Of a stretch of 64,000 bases of DNA, positions 46,707 through 59,100 are shown in pieces; within the stretch, counting starts at the first letter, position 1, and every line of letters begins with the position of its first letter. The notes beneath the pieces were generated by a model. That model was not told where the DNA came from, ran no database searches, and saw only the letters and a program-made list of their open reading frames with translations. Both the position numbers and the translations under genes were made by a program. The DNA comes from Scenedesmus sp. PABB004 (Eukaryota). The stretch is from contig JABVCE010000026.1 in assembly GCA_014905635.1 (NCBI GenBank), forward strand, positions 372,001-436,000, given 5' to 3'.

Positions 46707-49587
46707 TCAGGCGCGCCGCGCCGGGCCGGCGCGCAGCGCGTGGCACGCGCGCTTGTGGTGGCGCCAGTGCGCGGTCTGGCAGCGCGGCGAGCAGTAGCGA
46801 GCCACGCGGCAGCCGGCACAAATGCAGCCCCGACCAACCAGCTCCGCCTCGCTCAGCTTGGCCAGCGCGCCGCAGCGAGGGTTGTTGCAGCAGGCCTGCT
46901 GCGGCGCCGCGCCGACCATGGCCTCGGCCAGGGCGGCGATCTGCCGCACGCAGTCCGAGTCCAGCCAGCGAGTCGCGGCCGCAGCAGCACCGCTGCCGTC
47001 GCCGCCGCCGCCGCCGCCGCCGCTGCCGCCGTCGTCGCTGCCGTCGCCAGTGCCCATCTCGCTGAGGAGGGCGTCCACCGCGGCCACGAGCTGCTGGAAG
47101 TCTGCAGGTGCCGGCGCCCGCCCGCCTGTCGCAGGTGCGCGGTCCGCGAGCCGCTGCGCCTCGTCCAGCGCGTCGCCGAGGCGGGCGAGGGTCTGCTGCC
47201 ACGACGCGTCCGGCTCGGCGCCGGCGTCCAGCAGCGCCAGCAGGCTGTCCGTTGTGGCGAGCAAGCAGCGCCCCAGCAGCGCCCACGCGCCCGCCAGCAG
47301 CGCGGGTGCCGCGGCGACAGCGCCGCCGCCGTGCTGGTGGTCCGCCGCCTGCACAAGGTCTGTGGTGCTCATGCTGGCGTGACGGGCGAGCTGAAGCAGC
47401 TGCTTCCAGCCCGCAACGCCGCCTCTCGAGCTGACGGTCCTGCTGCGCTTGAGCGCGCTCTGCGCCAGGCCTGCAAACGCCAGCAGCTCTGCCTCGCCCG
47501 GCACCGCGTCTGGCGCGCACAGCGCCTCAGCGGCAGCCTCCAGCAGCGCGGACAGCTCCACCTCCCACCCGTAGCCGTCTGGCGTGTCGGGGAGGAGGCG
47601 CAACGCAGCCTCCAGGCTGGCGCACGCAGCCGCGCGGTCCGACCAGATGGCGTCGACCAGCGCGCCTGGCGGGCGGGCGGGCGGGCGGGCGTCGGAGCGT
47701 GCGCTCCCGGCCGCTGCCCGCGCGCGGAGAAGGTCCGTGCTGCGCGCCGCCCCCCAGCAGTCGCACGCGCACGCGCCCGCCACGCGCCGCACCTGGCTGG
47801 TCCTGCAGCGCAACGGTTATAACGGCCGCGACAGCAAAGAAGTGCCCCACGCTCTGCGCGTGCTCGTCGTCGTTGCTGCCCCGCAGCGCGCGCAGCACGG
47901 CGGGGCCCGCAGAGAGCACCACGGCCGCGACCGCCGGCGCAGCCAGCGCCTCCTGCTCCCCGCGCCGCGTCACGCTGTCGAGCCACATGCCACAAAGCAC
48001 GGTGAACGCGAGGCTCAGGCTGGGCATCAGCGCAACCGCGCCGCCGTGGGCCGTTGGGAGCGCCGCATGCTCAAACACGGTCGACACCAGCTCTGCCGCC
48101 AGGGGCCGCAGCCCCTCGCCGAGCGGGTCCTGCTTGGCGTTGAAGTCGACTGCGCGCTTCAGCGCAAGCACCGCGATGGTCGACACCCTGCCCAGGCAGG
48201 CGACGCAGTCATCACACGACCCCCTGTCCAGCTCCGCCCCCGGCAGCTCGGCCGCGCCCAGCCCCAGCGCCGCCTGCAGGCGCTCGTGGTAGGCCGGCGG
48301 CAGCGGCTGCAGCTGCGGCGGCGGGCGGCCGCGGCGGCCGCCGCAGCCCCGCCCGGCCACGAGCTCCGCCGTCGCCGCGTGCAGCGCGGCCGTGCAGGTG
48401 CAGAGGTTCACAGCGAGCAGGCGCTGCATCTCAGGCGCGGTCAGCAGCGCCCCGAGGTCTGCGTGCTCGTCAAAGGCCACACTAACAGCAATGTCTCGCG
48501 CCGCCCAGCCCGCCGCCGTGACGGCGCGGCGGCACGCCCGGTTCAGCTCGTGCTGCTCGGCGGGGCTGTTGCAGCAGCGGCGCTGGATGGCCGGACCGTC
48601 CCGCAGCTGGGCGCCCGCGAGCGCCAGCAGTGCGCCCGCCATGCGCGCCGCCGGCAGCACGGCGGGCGCCAGCGCGGGGTCGCGCAGCGACGCAGCGTCG
48701 GGAGCCCCGCCGCCGATGGCCGGCGCGCAGAGGAGCAGGGCGCGCAGCAGATCCAGCTCGTTGAGGCCATCGTTGAGCACCAGCAGCACGCACTCCTCGC
48801 CGCCTGCCGGGCTGCCGGGCGCCGCCACGTGCGCGCGGAGCCTCGCCTCGGTGTCCGCGCACGCCACGGCCAGCGCCGCCGGCAGGCCTGCGGGGCGCGC
48901 GCGCGCGGCCGGGCGGCGGGGCGCGTGCGCGGCAGTGAGGGCGGACACCCGCCCCGCTGCGCCGCGAGGGGCGGCGCGGCTGCCCCCGCGCCCGCGCGCC
49001 CACACACCAGCGTTGCTGGCGATGCGCGCGAGCTCGCGCCGCTCGGCCGTGTCCTCGGCGGCGCGCGCCTTGCGTTCGGGGCAGAGCGTGAACACGGACT
49101 CCGCCCACCAGCCCGCAAACTGCCACAGGCCCGGCACCTCCACCCGCAGCGCCATGTCCAGCACCGGCAGGCCGAGCAGCGCCCGGGCGAGGATCGCCGC
49201 CGCGGTGCGCAGCACCCCGCCGCGCAGCAGGGCGCGCGCGGTCGCCAGGTCGCGCCCGCCGCGGCCCCACGCCGCGCCGACGGCGGCGCAGTCGGCGGGC
49301 GTCGCGCCCGGCGCGAGCAACTGAAGCAGCAGCGCGCACGCCAGCGCGTCCATGCCGCCGGCGGGCGGCGCGGCGCCGGCCCGGCGCGCGCGCGCCCCGC
49401 CCGCCGGCCCGGCGACTGACAGCGCGGCGCTGGACGGCACGGCGCCCTGCGGCAGGGCGGCGGCAGGCGGGGCGTCGGCGGGTCGCGGGCGCGCGGCGCG
49501 CGCAGCGCTGCAGCGGAGCAGCGGCGGATGCGTGGCGCGCGCCCGGCGGCCCGCGCAGCGCCGGCCCACCCGGCGAGAGCGCGGCAT
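46707..49587 (-). CDS. C-terminal MYND zinc-finger protein (3 introns)
   Basis: C-terminus CCNNPRC...CAGCRVARYCSPRCQTAHWRHHKRAC. ATG 49587 lies in a GCCACCATG context; an alternative start is at 49353. Confidence 0.8.
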
Positions 49588-50005
49588 GGTGGCGCTCGAT
49601 CGCCCCCCTCGTCAGCCGCGCTGGCGGGCCGCACGGGCAGCGCGGCGCGGCGGCACGGCGGCGCGCCGCAGGCGGTCGGCGTGCTCGCGCTGGCGGCGCG
49701 GTGCGCGGTCCACCGGGAGGGTCTGGACAGAGCGGTGCGGGGCGAGAGGGGTGCTTGGGCACGCCAGGCCAGACCCTGGCCCTGCGGCGCGCCCCGCGCA
49801 CGCCGCCGCGCGCCGCAGCCAAGAGCGCAGCCAAGAGCGCCGCGCGGCGCCGCCGCCAGCAGGCTGTCGCACGGCACCGCCTCACGATCGGCCCGCGCCT
49901 CGCGCGACGCCGTGCGCGACAGCAGCGCGCGGCAGCAGCGGGACCGGCCTGGGCCGCCGCACATCGATCGCCATGCAATTGTGAGGGGCGTCGACGACCG
50001 GGCAC

Positions 50006-51333
50006 ATGGGGAACGGGCACAGCTGCCACGGCGGGCGCCTGCGGGCGCCCGGGCAGCAGCTCCTCGCGCTGTGCGCGGCCGGGGCCACCAGCGAGGCCCG
50101 CGAGGTGCGCAGGGCGCGACCCGGGTGACCGGGCTGCCGAACGCGCGGCACGCGCGCCCGCGGCGCGCCTGGCGAGGGCGCTGTGCGATGGCCCGCGCCC
50201 GCCCCCGCCCGCAGCTGCTGGAGCGCGCGCCCGAGGCGGCCTGCTTCACGGGGTCATGGCGGGAGCGCACCTCGCCGCTGATGGTCGCCGCCGGTGAGCG
50301 GCGCGCGCGGCGCGCGCGGCGGCGGCAGCTGGGCGCGCAGCTGCTGCTCACGCCGCGCGCGTGGCCGCGTCGTCGCCCCGCGCAGCGCGCGGCCACTACC
50401 GGCTGGTGCAGAGCATCGTGGAGGCGGCGGTCATCGCGCAGGGCGCGGCGCGCGCCAAGGCGCGGTGCATCAACCACACCAACGCCAAGGGCCACAGCGC
50501 GCTCATCCTCGCGTGCATGAACGGGTGCGCCCGCCGCCCGCCGCCCGCCGCCCGCCGCCCGCCGCCCGCCGCCCGCCGCCCGCCGCCCGCCGCCCGCCGC
50601 CCGCCGCCTGCTGCCGCCGCGTGCCACTGCTGCTCCATCCCATGGCCTGCCGCCGCCGCGCCGCGCCGACGCCGCGCCGCGCCGACGCCGCGCCGCGCCG
50701 CGCCGCGCCGTGCAGGCGCGCGCAGTGCGTCGAGGCGCTCGTCTGCAACGGCGCGAGCCCGCTCGCGCTCGACACGGCGCGCCACAGCACGGCGCTGCAC
50801 TGGGCCGCGAGCGCGGCGCGCAGCGACTGCGTGCAGCGCCTGCTCGGCTCGGCGGCGACGTTTGAGATGCAGAGCGGCGAGGTCGTGCCCATCGCTGACA
50901 TCCCCTGCTTTGACGAGGACAACACGACGCTCGTGAAGTTTGTGGACCGCCACAACGGCTGGGGCCTCGCCGCGCTGCACCTCGCCGCGCTTAAGGGCAG
51001 CACCAGCACCGGTGCGGCGCCGCGGCGCGGCGCGGCGCGGCGCAGTGCCGGGGCCGCGCCGCGGCGCCCCGCGCCCCGCGCGCGGGCGGCGGCGGCGCTC
51101 ACGCGCGCGCCGCCGGCCCCGCCGCCCGCGCCCGCAGTGCGCGCGCTGCTGCGCTGCGGCGCGTCGGTCGCGGCGGTGACGGTCGCGCCGAGCGTGGGCG
51201 CCTGCCCCGTCACGCAGCCGACCGGCTCCACCGCGCTGCACCTCGCCGCGGCGGCCGAGGACGTGCCGATGGTCCGCCTGCTGCTCGAGGCGCAGGTGGG
51301 CGCCGCGCGCGGGGGCAGCGCGGCGCCGGCACT

Positions 51334-51370
<37 letters not shown>

Positions 51371-53784
51371 GCGGCGGGCGGCTGCCACGCGCCGCTCGCG
51401 TCGGCCCGACCCCGCTCCGCGCCGCGCCGCGCCGCGCAGGTGACGCAGGGCCTCACGAGCGACCTGCGGCGCGCGGCCAACGCGCGCGGGCAGCGCCCGC
51501 TGGACGTCGCGGCGCGGTCGGGCAACGTGCTGCTGCTGCACATGCTCGACCCCAGCCAGCCGCTCGCGACCGTGGCCGCCCCCCACCAGGCGTTTGTGCT
51601 GCACCCCGGCGCCGGCACGCTCGAGGGCGTGCTCCTGCTCGGCGGCGGCGCCGGCGGCTGGCCGGCCGGGCAGCGGGGCACGCTGGCGGGCCTGGCCGGC
51701 GCGCGCGAGCGCGAGCGCGGCCGGCGCGGCGGCGGCAGCGGGCGCGGCGCGCCGGACCAGCCGCCGCACGTCGCGCTGCGCGGCATGCTGCAGCGGCTGC
51801 GGCTGGTGCTGTCGCTGGAGGCGGTGCACCTGCAGGCGCAGCTGCCCAGGGCGGGCGCGGAGGCGGCGGCCGCCGACGCGGCGGCCGAGGCGGGCGCGGG
51901 GCCTGGCGCGCACGCCAAGATGCGCGGCCCCGACCATGAGCGCCCGCGCAAGGCCGGCGGCCCGCGCCCCTGCGGTGCAGAGGACCTGTGCCCCGCCGGC
52001 AGCGACGACGGCGAGGGCTCGCAGCGCGGCGACACCATCCCCGCCGCCGCCGACGTGGGGCCGCGGCGCCGCTTCGGGGGCAGCGTCGCGAGCGACACCA
52101 GCAGCGGCGGCGACGACAGCGACAGCAGCTGCGCGCCGTCGGCGGGCAGCCCCGCCGGCGCCAAGCACACGCCGGCGCTGCGCCGGCAGGCGCTGCTCGC
52201 GGCGGCTCGGCAGCAGGCGGCCGCGGCCGCGGCCGAGCGTGTGGCGCTGGAGGCGCGGCTGCGCAGCGTGCAGGGGCTGCTGACCAGCATCGATGCCATG
52301 CTCGCCACGCTGCCCGCGGGCAACGCGGCCGGCGCGGGGCGCGGCGCTGGCGGCGCGGCGTCTGACGACGCCGGCGAGGCCGGCCGCCGCGGCCGGCGCG
52401 GCCAGGGCCTGTCCTGGGGCCTGCTCGGCCGCGCGGCCAGGGGCAGCGCCGGCGCGAGCCCGGAGCGCGGCGGCGCGGCCGGCGACGCGTCGGGCGGGGA
52501 GCCCGCCGACGCGGGCGGCATGGACTCTGCGCAGGCGGAGCAGGTGCTGGCGGCCTTCATCACCCCCGGCACGCTGTCCTCGCTGTCCGCGGCGACCAAG
52601 CTGCTCGTGAGCGCCTCGGCGCTCTCCGGCAAGCACCGCGCGGCGCCGGCGCCGGCCGCGGGCGCCGCCGGCGCCGGCCCGGGGGACGGCGGGCGCTGGG
52701 CGGAGCAGGAGCACGCGCTGGTGCTGATCCGCAGTATCTTGCAGGTGCGGCTCACGCGCCAGCGCGGCCGCTGCCCGCCGCACGCGCCGCCGCACGCGGC
52801 GCCCCACCCCGACGCCCCCGCCTGTGCGGCCGGGCAGGCCACGACGTCGTCGCTGCGCGCGAGCCAGCAGGCCCTGGCGATCGCCGCGTCCCGTGCCGCG
52901 CTGCGGCAGCGCCAGCAGGAGCAGCTCGCGGCCATGCTGTCCAGCGACCGGCGCCTGGCGGCGCTGCCGGGGCGGCGCCTCGATCAGGTGCGGCCAGGTC
53001 GCGCGCGCGCACGCGCTGCGCCAAACCGCGCGCAGCTGGGCTGACAACGCCCGCCGCGCCGCCGCCGCGGCTACCCGCAGGGCGCACGCGCTCTCCTCAG
53101 CGGCGCCGGCGGCGGCCGCCGGCGCGACCGCGAAGAGCGCGACGGCGGCCGGCGCGGCGGCGGGCGCGAGGGCCGCGGGCGCGAGGCCACGGGCGCGCTG
53201 CTCGGCGGCCGGCGCGAGCTGTTTGGCGACGACGTCCCGCTGCGCCGGCTCAGCGGTGGTGCGCCGGGCGCATCGGGCGCGGGGCTCAGCCCTCGCACGT
53301 TCGCTGGCCTCCCCGGCGTCGCGCCCGGCGCGTTCAGCTTTGGGCTCGGCGGCCTCGCCGGCGGGCACGGCCTGTCGGGCGCAACGCTCGACGCCAACCT
53401 GGTGGCGGCGCTGGGCCGCAACAGCAGCAGCGGCAGCAGCAGGGGCGCGCGGAGGCATCACCACCACCACCACCACGAGCGCCACCACCGCCGCGAGCGC
53501 GGCAGCAGCCGGCGGTGAGCGCTGCCGCCGGTCGGCGCCGCCAGGGGCTGCCGGCGTCGCCGCTCCGCCGACTGCTGACACGCCCTGCCGCGCGCCACCC
53601 GCCCGCCCGCCCGCAGGCAGCGCGGCGTGCTGCTGAGTCTGCCGGACCCGCTGGCGGGCGGCGTGGAGGAGGCCGCCGCCGCGCGGCTGGCCGCCGCCGC
53701 CGACGCGCTCTCCATCAGCGCGCCCGACCGCCAGGCGCGGCAGCAACAGCACATGGCGCGCCTGCACGACGCGCTCGCGCGCAG

Positions 53785-53829
<45 letters not shown>

Positions 53830-54352
53830 CGGCGGCGACAGCGGCGGCGCCGGCAGCAGCGCGGCCGCGGCGGCCGCCGGTGGCGGCTCCGCCTTCCCGG
53901 TGCTGGCCGCCAGCAGCGTCGGCTCGGCCGGCGGCGCCGGCGACGGCAGCTCCAGCGACACCAGCAGCTCCGCCAGCAGCCGGCGCAGCGGCGGCAGCGC
54001 CAGCGGCAGCGCTGCGGCGACGACGCCAGCGGAGCTCGCGCTCACGGGCGGCGCGGGCGGCGCGCCGGCGTCGCTCGGCGGCGCGCCGGCGGCGCTCGAC
54101 CGCGCCGGCAGCGCGAGCTCGAGCGCGAGCAGCGCCGCCGGCGCGCCGCGCGCGCCGCCGAGCGCGTGCAGCAGCCTCGACGCGGGGACGTGCGCGATCT
54201 GCATGGACGCCGCCGCGGGGCTGGGCGTGTCCGGGTGCGGGCACGCGCTGTGCCTCGGCTGCGCGTACCAGCTCGTCTGCAAGGCCAAGACGGGCAGCCC
54301 GCTCTGCCCCTTCTGCCGCGCCTCGATTGCCGGCTTTGACGTCGTCGCGTGA
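50006..54352 (+). CDS. Ankyrin-repeat RING-HC E3 ubiquitin ligase, XB3/XBAT-like (8 introns)
   Basis: N-terminus MGNGHSC (myristoylation-like). Ankyrin motifs SPLMVAAARGH, TALHWAA, AALHLAA and GSTALHLAA. C-terminal RING CAICMD..CGHALCLGC..CPFCR. Confidence 0.88.
50531..50608. repeat. (CCGCCGC)n intronic tandem repeat in the ankyrin-RING gene
   Basis: About 11 copies of a 7-mer. Confidence 0.8.
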
Positions 54353-54487
54353 GCGGCGCGTCGTCTGTACAGTCTCACGCAGGGTGTCTCGCGCGGGGCC
54401 CGAGAGTCGGTTGTTTTTGGCTCGCGGCGCCCGGAACGTGCGCGCGCGGGGTCGTAGGGGGGACCGACGAACCCCCAACCCACTGGG

Positions 54488-54492
54488 TGTAA
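54488..54492 (+). terminator. TGTAA polyadenylation signal of the ankyrin-RING gene
   Basis: TGTAA about 135 nt after the stop codon. Confidence 0.7.
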
Positions 54493-54767
54493 CGAAAACG
54501 AAACCCTGCCCTGGCCCGAGCGCGCGGCGGGGGGCGCCGCGCGGGGCCAGCGCGCGGCAGCGCGGGGCGCCGCGCGCGTGCGCACTGCGGCGGCGCCCTG
54601 CCCCTTGTGTGTGTGTGCACGCGGGCAAGCGTCACCGGCCACTGCACGCTGCGGGGCGCGGCGGTCTTGGTGTTGTGCCCTCGCCAGCCTGGCCCGAGTG
54701 CCAAAGCTGCTCGCTCGGCCCCGGGCCGCCACCTTTCCCGCCCGCCGCTGCACGCTCCCCAGCAGCC

Positions 54768-56153
54768 ATGGCGAGCTCAATGAGCCTCAAGGCCCGCGCC
54801 GCTGCCCCCGCGGCGGCCGGGCGCAGGCAGGCGCTCGCGCCCGCCGCGCCGGGCCTGGCCTGCCCCGCGGCGGCGCCCGTGGCGCTCGCCGCGACCGCTG
54901 CCCTCGCCGCCGGCGCCGCGCCAGCGGTGCGCGCCGCGCCGCGCCGCCGGGGGCCGGGGACTGGCTGCTGCCCGCGAATGCTCAGGCCTCCCGCGCCGCC
55001 TGCAGGCCGTCGCCGCGCCGCGCGCGCCGCTGGCGACCCGGGGCGCCCGCCTCGCCCGCAACGTGACCTGCGCGGCGGGCAAGGACGGCTCTGGTGAGTT
55101 GTGGCCGCGCGAGCTGGCGCAGTGTGTGGCCCCGCTGTCGGCGCCCGCCCCGCCCAGGCCGCGCCGCCATTCCGCCCGCAGAGGGCCGCGAGCAGCCGCT
55201 CGACAAGTACCGCAACATCGGCATCATGGCCCACATCGATGCCGGCAAGGTGCGCGGCCGGCGCCGCGGCGGCCGCGCGCCGCCGCTGCTGCCGCCGCCG
55301 GTCGCGCCGCGGGCGCCTGCGCCGCGCGGGCCGGCCGCCGGCGCGTGGCGCAGCCGCCAGCGGCGCGGGGCAGGGGCGTGCGCGGCAGCACACAGCGGCG
55401 CGGCGGCCGCCAGCCGTCGTGCCGCGCCGGGACGCGGCGCCGACGCCCGGGCGGCGCGCCCGCACCCGGCCGCCCCGCCGCGCAGACCACGACCAGCGAG
55501 CGCATCCTGTACTACACCGGCAAGTCCTACAAGATCGGCGAGGTGCACGAGGGCACCGCGACGATGGACTGGATGGTCCAGGAGCAGGTGCGCGCGCCGC
55601 GCCGCGCGCCACCCCCTCCGCCCTCCGCCTGCGCGCGCCGCGCCGCTGCCGCCTGCGCGCGCCGCCGCCGCCCTCCGCCCCTGCCCGCCCCGCGCGCGCC
55701 CGCGCCCGCTGAGCACGCGCCCGCTGCCCGCGCGCCCGCGCCCGCGCCCGGCCTTGCAGGAGCGCGGCATCACCATCACGTCTGCCGCGACGACGTGCCA
55801 GTGGAACGGGTACCGCATCAACGTCATCGACACCCCCGGCCACGTCGACTTCACGCTCGAGGCGCGCAGCACGCGCAGCACGCACAGCACGCGCAGCACG
55901 CACAGCACGCGCAGCACGCGCAGCGCGGGGGGCCGGCGCCGGGGCGCGGGCAGGGCGCGGGCCGGCTCCGCAGCAGCGCGCCGGGCTCCCGCGCCCGCAG
56001 CGGCCGACCCTGCTGGGCCCGCGGCGGCCGCCGCCGCGCGCAGGTGGAGCGCGCGCTGCGCGTGCTGGACGGCGCGGTCGCGGTGTTTGACGCCGTGTCG
56101 GGCGTGGAGCCGCAGAGCGAGACCGTGTGGCGCCAGGCCGACAAGTACAACGT

Positions 56154-56185
<32 letters not shown>

Positions 56186-59100
56186 TGCGCCGCCGCCCGC
56201 GCCGCCCCCGCGCCGCCCCCTCCCTCGCGCCCCGCCGCACGCGCACTCGCGCTGCCGCATGCACACACACTCTCTCGCTCCGTCGCCCTCGCGCTCTCCT
56301 CGCGGCGCAGGTGCCGCGCCTGTGCTTTGTGAACAAGATGGACCGCCTCGGCGCCAACTTCTTCCGCACCCGGTGCGCGGCGCAGCGCGGCGCGGCGCAC
56401 GGGGGGCGGGAGGGCGGGGCACGCGGGCGGGGGCAGGACCTCGCAGCGGCGGCCACAGCGCGAGCTCGCGGGCGCGCAGCGCAGCGGGCGGCGGGCGGCC
56501 GCCCGCAGCAGCAGCGCCGCGCGCCGACGGCCGCCGCTCCGCCTCTCCGTCGCCGCGCCGCGCCCATGCAGCGACATGGTCATTAGCAACCTGGGCGCCA
56601 AGCCGCTCGTGCTGCAGGTGCCCATCGGCAGCGAGGAGGCGTTCAAGGTGACTGCGCCCGCGCGGCGCGGCGCGGCGGGAGCAGCGCGCGGCAGTGCCGG
56701 GCCGGCGGCCCGCGGGCGGGGTCGGCAGCCGGCCGGCCTGCGGCATGCGGCGCACTGCCGCGGCCCGCGCGCGCCGCGTCTGCGCTCACCACAGTCGCCG
56801 CCGCCGCCGCCGCCGCCGCGCGCCGCCGCTGCACCTACCTGCGCAGGGCGTGGTCGACCTGGTCAAGATGAAGGCGATCGTGTGGAACGGCGAGGAGCTG
56901 GGCGCCAAGTTTGAGGAGGTCGACATCCCCGCCGACATGGCCGACCTCGCGGCCGAGTACCGCGAGAAGCTCATCGACGCGGTGGTGGAGCTCGACGACG
57001 CGGTGCGGGGCAGTGGGGCGCGGCGCGGCGCGGCGCGCGGCGCGCGTGGCAGCGCGGTGATAGCGGCAGCGCGCAGCGCGGCGGGCGTGCGGCGGCAGCG
57101 CGTGGGCAGGAGGGCGGCGGCCGCGCCCGTGTGCCGCCGCGCCGCCGTGACCGCCACCTGCGGCCGCCACCCGCCCACTCGCCTGCCGTCCAGGTGCTGG
57201 AGGCGTACTTTGAGGGCACCATGCCCGACAACGCCACGATCAAGCGCCTCATCCGCAAGGGCACGATCGACCGCCTCTTTGTGCCGATGGTGTGCGGCAC
57301 GGCGTTCAAGAACAAGGGCGTGCAGCCGCTGCTCGACGCCGTCGTTGACTACCTGCCCTCCCCGCTCGACATCCCCGACGTCGCCGGCGTCGCGGTGCGT
57401 GTCGGAAGGCGGGGCGGAGCGCGCCGACGGACGGGGCCCAGCGGGCGGGCGGGGCGGGCGGGCGGGCCTTGGCGGGGCGCGTGACTGCGCGCGCTCGCGC
57501 GCGCGCACGCGGGAGGCCGGCCGGCGGCGCGCGCCGCCCACCCGCCCGCGCCCGCCGACCCGCCGACCCGCCGCGGCCGCAGGTCGACGACGGCGAGGAG
57601 GCGCTCACGCGCGCGGCGTCGGACGACGCGCCGTTCAGCGCGCTCGCGTTCAAGATCATGACCGACCCCTTTGTCGGCTCCCTCACCTTCTGCCGCATCT
57701 ACTCGGGCAAGCTCGAGGCCGGCAGCTACGCGCTCAACGCCAACAAGGGCAAGAAGGAACGCATCGGGCGGCTCATGATGATGCACGCCAACAACAGGCG
57801 CGCGCCGCAGCGGCGCCGCGGCGGGAGCAGCGGGCGCAGCCCCAGCGCGCTACAAGCGTCGCAGCGCAGTGGCGCGAGCGCAGAGGCGTGCCCGAGCTGG
57901 GCGGCGGCGGCGCACGCTGCCCGCGCGGCGCGTCCCCACCCGCCGCCGCCCCGCGCCCCCGCGCGTGTGCGCGCAGGGAGGACATCAAGGCCGCGTACGC
58001 GGGCGACATCGTGGCGATCGGTGGCCTCAAGGAGGTGCGGCCGCGGCGCCTGCGCCCGCGCCCGCGCCTGGCCTGCACGCGGCAGCCTGCACACGGCAGC
58101 CTGCACACGGCGGCCGCCGCCGCCCGCGCGCCCGCTCGGGCGCCGGCCGCTTATGCGTCGCGCCGCGCCGCCTCTGCTGTCAGGTGATCACGGGCGAGAC
58201 GCTGTGCGACGAGAAGCAGCCGATCATCCTCGAGCGCATGGACTTCCCCGACCCGGTCATCAAGATCGCGATCGAGCCCAAGTCCAAGGTTTGCTTGCGC
58301 AGGCTGCGGCGCAGCCGCCGCGGCCTCGCCCGCGGCCTCCTGGCCTTTCGCCCGCGGCCGTTTTCTCGCGCGCCCGCGCGCTCACGCTCGCCCGGCCGCC
58401 CCCCGCGCGCGCAGGGCGACCTCGAGAAGATGGGCATGGGGCTGAACAAGCTCGCGCAGGAGGACCCGAGCTTCAACTACTCCCGCGACGAGGAGACGGG
58501 CCAGACCGTGATTGAGGGCATGGGCGAGCTGCACCTCGAGATCATCGTCGACCGCCTGCGCCGCGAGTTCAAGGCGCGGCCCGCACAGAGCGCGCAGCGC
58601 GCGGGCCTTGGGCGGCGCGCGGCGCCTGCTGCCGCCCCGCCGCTGGCTCTGACCCCCCCCCCCCCCCCACACACACACACACCCCACCACACACACGCAC
58701 ACACGCGCGCCGCGCGCAGGTCGAGTGCGAGGTCGGCGCGCCGCAGGTCAACTACCGCGAGAGCATCAGCCGCCCCAACGACGTGCGCTACGTGCACAAG
58801 AAGCAGAGCGGCGGCAGCGGGCAGTTTGCCGACGTGGCGATCAAGTTTGAGCCCGGGGAGCCGGGCACCGGCTTTGTCTTCCGCTCTGAGATCAAGGGCG
58901 GCGCCGGTGCGCACCGCTGCTCGCGCCGGCACTGCACGGCGGCACCCCGCGCAGCCGCGCGCCCGTGCGGGCGCCGCCGCCGCGGGCCCACACGCGCACA
59001 CGCGCCCGCGCCCTCGCCTCGCCCCCGCAGTGCCCAAGGAGTACATCCCCGGCGTGCTGAAGGGCCTGGAGGAGAGCATGACGAGCGGCAGCCTCGCCGG

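Noticed and set aside
50396..54628. 1410-aa minus-strand ORF and the many other long Arg/Ala/Pro/Gly-rich ORFs in the track
   Set aside because: They are antisense or off-frame shadows of real spliced genes. Stop codons are rare at this GC content and the products show no domain motifs.
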